From the NCBI GenBank assembly GCA_958295785.1, contig OY282377.1, positions 3,328,385 through 3,392,384 on the forward strand: a DNA stretch of 64,000 nt, written 5' to 3'. This document shows positions 58,933 through 64,000 of the stretch, in pieces. The position numbers and the translations under genes are program-made. Origin of the DNA: an uncultured Latescibacterota bacterium (GTDB lineage Bacteria; Latescibacterota; UBA2968). The first letter of the stretch is position 1, and each line of letters begins with the position of its first letter. Under the pieces are notes generated by a model that was not told where the DNA came from, made no database searches, and was given only the letters and a program-made list of their open reading frames with translations.

Positions 58933-60204
58933 TTGAACACCACCACGCTCTTTGACCAGGCGTATGAAAACCGCAAACGCCCGATTCTAAAAAAAGTCGT
59001 CGATCAAATTCGACCGATTTACACAGCGGAAGAACTGACCGCCATGCGCGTTGATCCCATCAACCGCGCGATTCTGTCGCAGCGTTCGGGGCGCGGTTTT
59101 GTCAATCGGGATTTGCTCGAAACCGCGCTCGGCAATTTGCTCGAATGCGTGGCGCCCGGCTCTCACAATGTGTCTGAAACCGATTACGCGACCCTGATTG
59201 AAAATATCGAAGAAATTGTCGATCAGCTCTACGCGATGATCTACCAATCGCTTCAGGCCGCGCAAGGCCAGGCCGATCCGATAGAAGAGGTGGCGCTGCA
59301 ATCGGCGTTCGCGCTCGTCTCTCAGTTGCCCCGCCTGAAAACCCGCGCGCTGTGGAACCGCTTTGCCTCGCTCAAAGACCCCGCGGTTTGGGATGCGTAT
59401 TTGCGAAACGCCTACGGGTTGGACGAAGACGATCTCGCTTCTTGGATCTTTTCGCCCATCATTGACGACGCCATCGAAGCGCGTTCGTTCGCGCCTTACG
59501 AAACCTTTCTCGCGGACAAGGGCTTGGAATTGGCCTTGGCGTATCAGATGCAACTCGTCGCGAGTGCCTATCCCGGATGGCGCGTTTTGTTCTACCACGA
59601 CATCGCCCATGCCCTGACGCAAAAAGGCGAGATTGAAACGTTCGACTGCACGCCCATTCCCTTGTTGCCGCGCGCCATCTCGGAACTCGGCGGACGCTAT
59701 TATCAGGCCGACATCCATCCGGAAACCACCATCGCGGACGCCAATTTTCTCGAACACCCCCACCGCGGCCTCACCACAGGGCAAACGGGCGTGATCGGGT
59801 ACGGGTGCATCATCTACCCCTGCACCCTCGGCGGGCTTACAGAACGCGCACGGCAGAGACATCCCACCATTGGCAATTTTGTCAAAATCGGCACAGACGC
59901 CACCTTGCTCGGCCCGGTTGTGATCGGCGACCGCTCCACCATTGGTAGCGGCACGGATATTTACGGCTTTGTGGAAACGGGCACCGGTTGTCAAATCGCG
60001 TCGTCCGTCGTACTCGGCACCGTGCGGTCCGGCGCGCGCGACCCGGGCAAAATCATCTTGGGGGATCACGTCCGCGTAGGCGACGGCACCATTGTCGAAA
60101 ACAGCACGGAACTGGATCTCATCATTCCCGACAAATCCGAAATCCCGGCCCGCTCCCACATCGTCAACGACGGCTTCGGCAATCCCAAATACGCACGGGA
60201 GTAA
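58933..60204 (+). CDS. Serine O-acetyltransferase-like (CysE-type left-handed beta-helix) protein with long N-terminal region
   Basis: DIHP...TLGG...RHPTIG...LLGPVVIGD hexapeptide region; TTG start inferred. Confidence 0.7.
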   Translation: MNTTTLFDQAYENRKRPILKKVVDQIRPIYTAEELTAMRVDPINRAILSQRSGRGFVNRDLLETALGNLLECVAPGSHNVSETDYATLIENIEEIVDQLYAMIYQSLQAAQGQADPIEEVALQSAFALVSQLPRLKTRALWNRFASLKDPAVWDAYLRNAYGLDEDDLASWIFSPIIDDAIEARSFAPYETFLADKGLELALAYQMQLVASAYPGWRVLFYHDIAHALTQKGEIETFDCTPIPLLPRAISELGGRYYQADIHPETTIADANFLEHPHRGLTTGQTGVIGYGCIIYPCTLGGLTERARQRHPTIGNFVKIGTDATLLGPVVIGDRSTIGSGTDIYGFVETGTGCQIASSVVLGTVRSGARDPGKIILGDHVRVGDGTIVENSTELDLIIPDKSEIPARSHIVNDGFGNPKYARE

Positions 60205-60345
60205 AAGCGAAAGGCAGTGATCAGGGGGCGGTGGTTAGCCCGCTCAACGAATCTACGAATCAGCGGAACGGGGTACAACCGGCCGGTTCTCAGGTCAGTT
60301 CATCAACTCAAGGCCCGATAAAATCATTCGCAGGAGAAATACGAT

Positions 60346-60582
60346 ATGGACACATCTACCGTTGACCTGAAATTTGCTGCTGATCTGTTGCGCTTGCCCT
60401 ATTCGCAAATTTGGAGTGACTATGATGAAAGGGCTGATGTCTTGTATCTCAGCTTTGAGAAACCCCAGCGCGCCGATGACAGTGTGATGGAAGCTGACGG
60501 GAATATTTACCACTATCGCGGTGACCGTCTGGTTGGTATTACGCTGCCCAATGCGCGCACGCGCTTCTGTGCAGATGGCTGA
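60346..60582 (+). CDS. DUF2283-family small protein
   Basis: YDERADVLYLSF...LVGIT; RBS aggag. Confidence 0.8.
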   Translation: MDTSTVDLKFAADLLRLPYSQIWSDYDERADVLYLSFEKPQRADDSVMEADGNIYHYRGDRLVGITLPNARTRFCADG

Positions 60583-60606
60583 CCTTTTGCGCCATACCCA
60601 AAAAAT

Positions 60607-60646
60607 AAAAAGCCCGAGTTCATTGCGAACCCGGGCTTGTGTTTTG
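60607..60646. terminator. Terminator between convergent genes
   Basis: aaaagcccgagttc/gaacccgggctt. Confidence 0.6.
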
Positions 60647-60729
60647 CAAAAAAAGAGAACGCCCCTGCATCGAAAGAGCCGGGGCGTAAACTTCGGCTCA
60701 GATGCGTTTTTGAGTGCTTTTCCGAACAC

Positions 60730-62288
60730 TCAGTACCAAAGATGCGAAAAATGTACACCAATACCGAACGTTGTTAAGCCAGATGCGGGTTTGCCCCAAG
60801 TCGCGTCTAAACCGATGATCCAATTCTTTGAGACCTCGCGCCCAACGCCAATACCGAGTCCAAATCCTGTTGAAGATTCATAATTATCTTCAAATGGCGC
60901 AAAAACACTATTGAATCCAATGACTGCCGAAATGAAATTCGCATGGGTATCTTCGGATAGAAAGTAAGTTATTCCAAGTCCACTCGTACTGCTGGCAATC
61001 GTGATACCAACAGAATCGTACCAGAGGACTTTATTAGACCAAGTTATTGCTGTCCGATTGCTCGGCGCATATCCAATGAGAAAGTCTGTTTTCACAGCAA
61101 ACTTTGACTCAGTACCAAGAGTCAGATCATTGCGGGCATATCCCATACCGGGACCAACTCCCAGTATAAATCCCGCCCTATTTCCATCAGAAGCAAATCC
61201 AGTTCCAGAAAATTTGTTGGGCTTCAATTCCTCGCCTGCTTCCTGCTTTGCTTTGATCTCCTTGTCAATGGCAATCAAGTTGGCAAAGCGTTCTGAATAG
61301 GGTGGGTGTATTGTTTTGTAGAAACTCCCGCTTATTTCGTTCACCCTGCGCCAAAACTCGGAGACATCTGTTGTTGGTATGCCTGCGTTCGCCAACAGAT
61401 ACATGGCTAAATAGTCGGCTTCGCGCTCAAAGTCCTTGCTAAAGGCCCAGTCCTCATTTGACGATTTTGACGAATTCCAATCATTATTCCCAAATGGACC
61501 ACTTGAACGCGGAATAATAGCTATCAGAGTGATAGCTATTATCTTACCAATCAAGGAATCACGTTTCATCCTGCTTAAGTGCTTTTTTATCTTATGCGCC
61601 AATTGGTGAGCAATGACAAACTGAAGTTCTATGTCGGACTGTGTAAAGTCCATCATGCCTCTTGTGACGTAAAGCGTTCCATCGGCAAAAGCGTAGACCT
61701 GTTCGCTCATCATCATCATATCAATGGCGAAAGGCGTAGCTTCAATGCCTCGTATGTTCAAAGTCAAGAGTTTCTCATCGCGCTCGACAACGAAGTTCAC
61801 CCATCCATCATCATGGGCGTCTTCCATTTTTTTTTGAAATCTTTCGAGGACTTAAATCGCTTGTTCATGACAGCAACAATGCGATCTCCGGGCTGCATTC
61901 CTGCAGTGTCGGCGGGCGAGTTTTTCAAAACGTACCACACATACACGGCAAAAGGCTTGTGTGTATCAAAGCCAAATTCTTTGATCAAAACTTCGCGTTT
62001 GTATGGTTCTATATCTTTTTCATAGTGATCGAGGGCGGCGTAAAGGAATCCGAAATCGTATCCAACTTGTCGGTGGGGACTGACGTTCACGGCAGCGCGT
62101 TGTAGAGGATAGGCCAAATTGTAAAGCTTGATCATGCGTACCTTATAGTCTTTCACAATCTGGCGGTAGGCTTCCTTCAATTCTGCGGCCTGTTCGGCGT
62201 TCGGTGGTTGATGTCGCGTGGAAGCGCAACCCAAAAACAGGATCGAGAGCACGCAAAAGAACAAGCAATGATAAATCCATTTTTTCAT
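60730..62288 (-). pseudogene. Lipoprotein-PDZ-M48 peptidase-like-outer-membrane-barrel gene, frameshifted at an A9 tract (61827-61835)
   Basis: Lipobox FLGC, PDZ motif SPADTAGMQPGD, HQLAH and EREADY motifs, C-terminal beta-strands ending HLWY. Confidence 0.72.
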
Positions 62289-62456
62289 CTCAATCTCCTT
62301 TGTTGTGAAAAAGAAAACAGCGATAAATTGAACCGCCAGACCTGTACACCGCTTCGCGTTTCTGAAACCTCCTTTCAATGCTTCATTCATTGCCTTGATC
62401 AAAATCCGATCAAGAACAAGAATGTCCACAAGAACGCCGCTAACAACTCCGATTAA

Positions 62457-62568
62457 GAAGCCCTAACATAAAGAAATCAAGCGTCTGAAACAGATGAGTG
62501 AACACCCACAGGAACGCCTTAAAGTCGGCCTCTCACAAATCCAAGTCAACTCTTTATGTTAGGGCTTC
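62457..62568 (+). mobile_element. 112-bp MITE (family A, copy 3)
   Basis: Perfect TIR GAAGCCCTAACATAAAG; TAA flanks. Confidence 0.88.
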
Positions 62569-62646
62569 TAAGTCTTTCGTCATTCCGGCACACGCGCCAG
62601 TATCGAAAATACCGGGGCATTTTTGCGCGCAGAGTAAATTCAATTC

Positions 62647-63066
62647 TCAAGAAGAAGAAGATCCACTACAGTTTTGAGAAGACCTTTCTACGCTACTGAT
62701 GAGCGTTATGCCGCCAGATGTTACGCCCACCCCAAAATCCTGACCACTCTCACATCGGCTTCTCAAGTCGCTATTGAGATTGAGTTGCGAACAGGCAGTT
62801 CTGAGGGCAGCACGCAAGGCTTCCTCTTGAGTAGCACCTGTGCCGCTGCCACTTCCCGATCCAGAGGGTGAACTAAGATTTCCGATCGTCGCGGGCCTAA
62901 GGGTCAAGGTCACGGTACATCGCCATGAGCTTGACCCATTTGATCCACTCGGATCGTCCTTTCCACAGGCATAAGCGAAGCACATGACCATCAGAGTGCC
63001 CCCAAAGAGAAGCAACAGCTTGAACTTCATTGCCCAAGTTCGCGCTTGCTTACAAAGATATTGCAT
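62647..63066 (-). CDS. Small Cys/Ser-rich predicted lipoprotein
   Basis: RBS aaggagg; hydrophobic signal followed by AYAC. Confidence 0.6.
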   Translation of the reverse strand: MQYLCKQARTWAMKFKLLLLFGGTLMVMCFAYACGKDDPSGSNGSSSWRCTVTLTLRPATIGNLSSPSGSGSGSGTGATQEEALRAALRTACSQLNLNSDLRSRCESGQDFGVGVTSGGITLISSVERSSQNCSGSSSS

Positions 63067-63110
63067 AAGTTTCCTCCTTGAAAAAGGGATATATGAGCCT
63101 GTCTAACTAA

Positions 63111-63232
63111 GAGTCCCTAACAAAAAGAAATCAAGCGTCTGAAACAGATGAGTGAACACCCGATAGACAAGCTCGAAACGCCTCAAAGTCGGCCTCTCAC
63201 AAATCCCTGTCAACTCTTTATGGTAGGGCTTC
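63111..63232 (+). mobile_element. 122-bp MITE (family A, copy 4)
   Basis: Same internal sequence with a 10-bp insertion; TAA flanks. Confidence 0.85.
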
Positions 63233-63466
63233 TAAATCTACGGCATCGAGAAAGCGTTGTGAAAAAAAAACTTTTCAAAGGCGATGACAAATGAAACGAA
63301 TGGGTGAGGCGAGCTGACCGCTGGAAATCGGCTATCAGATTTACTAACATTGTGCTTCGCGTGCATCTATCAACCCCCCATCCCTCCGCCCAAAGCGATG
63401 TATGGGCTGACGGCTTGTTTTGCTGACCGCTGACCGCTTGGGCGGCGGATGGGAGGAAGGGCACAT

Positions 63467-64000
63467 TCATTCAAACGGCATGACAGCGGAGGGATGATCG
63501 GATGCGGCGAAAGACAGCACCCGGTCGTGCAGGGTTGGGCCGTGCAATTCGCGGTAATACGCGAACAAATACTCGTTGCAATAGCCCGCCCACTTGCCCC
63601 ATCGCGCCTCGGCCCATTGGCATATCTTCGCCTCGGAACCGGTGACGCCATACCATTCTCGGGCAAATTTTCGCACCCATGTATCGACGGGCACCGCGCA
63701 CAGCCGATCCAGCGAGAAAAGATCGATGCACCGCGCAACCTTGATGCCAACGCCACTGCCGGATAGGGCGTGCAAATCGTCTGCGACAGACCGCCAGGTT
63801 TCGAGGTCCGCGGGACCGCGGATGGCGTTTGCGATAAATCGTGCGGTTGTTGCCACGCGCTCTGAACGCCAGCCAAACCGGTGATGCCTGTAAAATCCGC
63901 CATCCAATTCGGCGAGTGCGTCGGGAGATGGAAATGTCCAGTACGTCTCGCCATCAAAAATCCGTTTATTGCCCAAGGTGCGGGCGATAAATCCGATCCG
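63467..64000 (-). CDS. 8-oxoguanine DNA glycosylase-like HhH-GPD protein (5' end outside window)
   Basis: LSGSGVGIKVARCI.LFSL, VPVDTWV and WAGYCNEYLF motifs. Confidence 0.85.
   Translation of the reverse strand, partial: RIGFIARTLGNKRIFDGETYWTFPSPDALAELDGGFYRHHRFGWRSERVATTARFIANAIRGPADLETWRSVADDLHALSGSGVGIKVARCIDLFSLDRLCAVPVDTWVRKFAREWYGVTGSEAKICQWAEARWGKWAGYCNEYLFAYYRELHGPTLHDRVLSFAASDHPSAVMPFE

Noticed and set aside
1..64000. tRNA, rRNA, integrase or prophage genes
   Set aside because: None recognisable by eye; a tRNAscan/Infernal run would be needed to exclude small RNAs.

Overview
This is a bacterial chromosomal segment of moderately high GC. A DUF6785-type membrane protein, a dockerin/EF-hand-tailed secreted protein and a sulfatase suggest Latescibacterota or a relative, but this is inference only. 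Positions 1-15.1 kb form a defence island on a type III-like restriction-modification locus (res ... mod). Its cargo includes an SDH/ClpP-like protease, orphan antitoxins, duplicated DUF1640 coiled-coil genes, an XRE-ImmA/IrrE plus PIN pair, a Dsr1-like sirtuin and HigBA. Two features stand out. (i) A four-helix-bundle (Avd/IVS-like) gene with its own RBS, bracketed by inverted heptamer repeats, is nested in the +1 frame inside the still-open mod gene. (ii) The 3' end of mod recurs twice more downstream, separating successive defence cassettes. The rest of the window holds an inactivated IS701-family element, an unannotated UxxC selenoprotein (ArsC/Spx-like), housekeeping genes (rqcH/NFACT, clpX-like, murQ, UPF0182, kamA-like, lexA, nonsense-broken dprA), and a SUF Fe-S operon interleaved with ParA-HEPN, an N4-C methyltransferase and a NYN gene. 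It also has an ABC transporter, two MITE families and many REP/heptamer intergenic repeats. All family calls come from motif recognition by eye; no searches were run.
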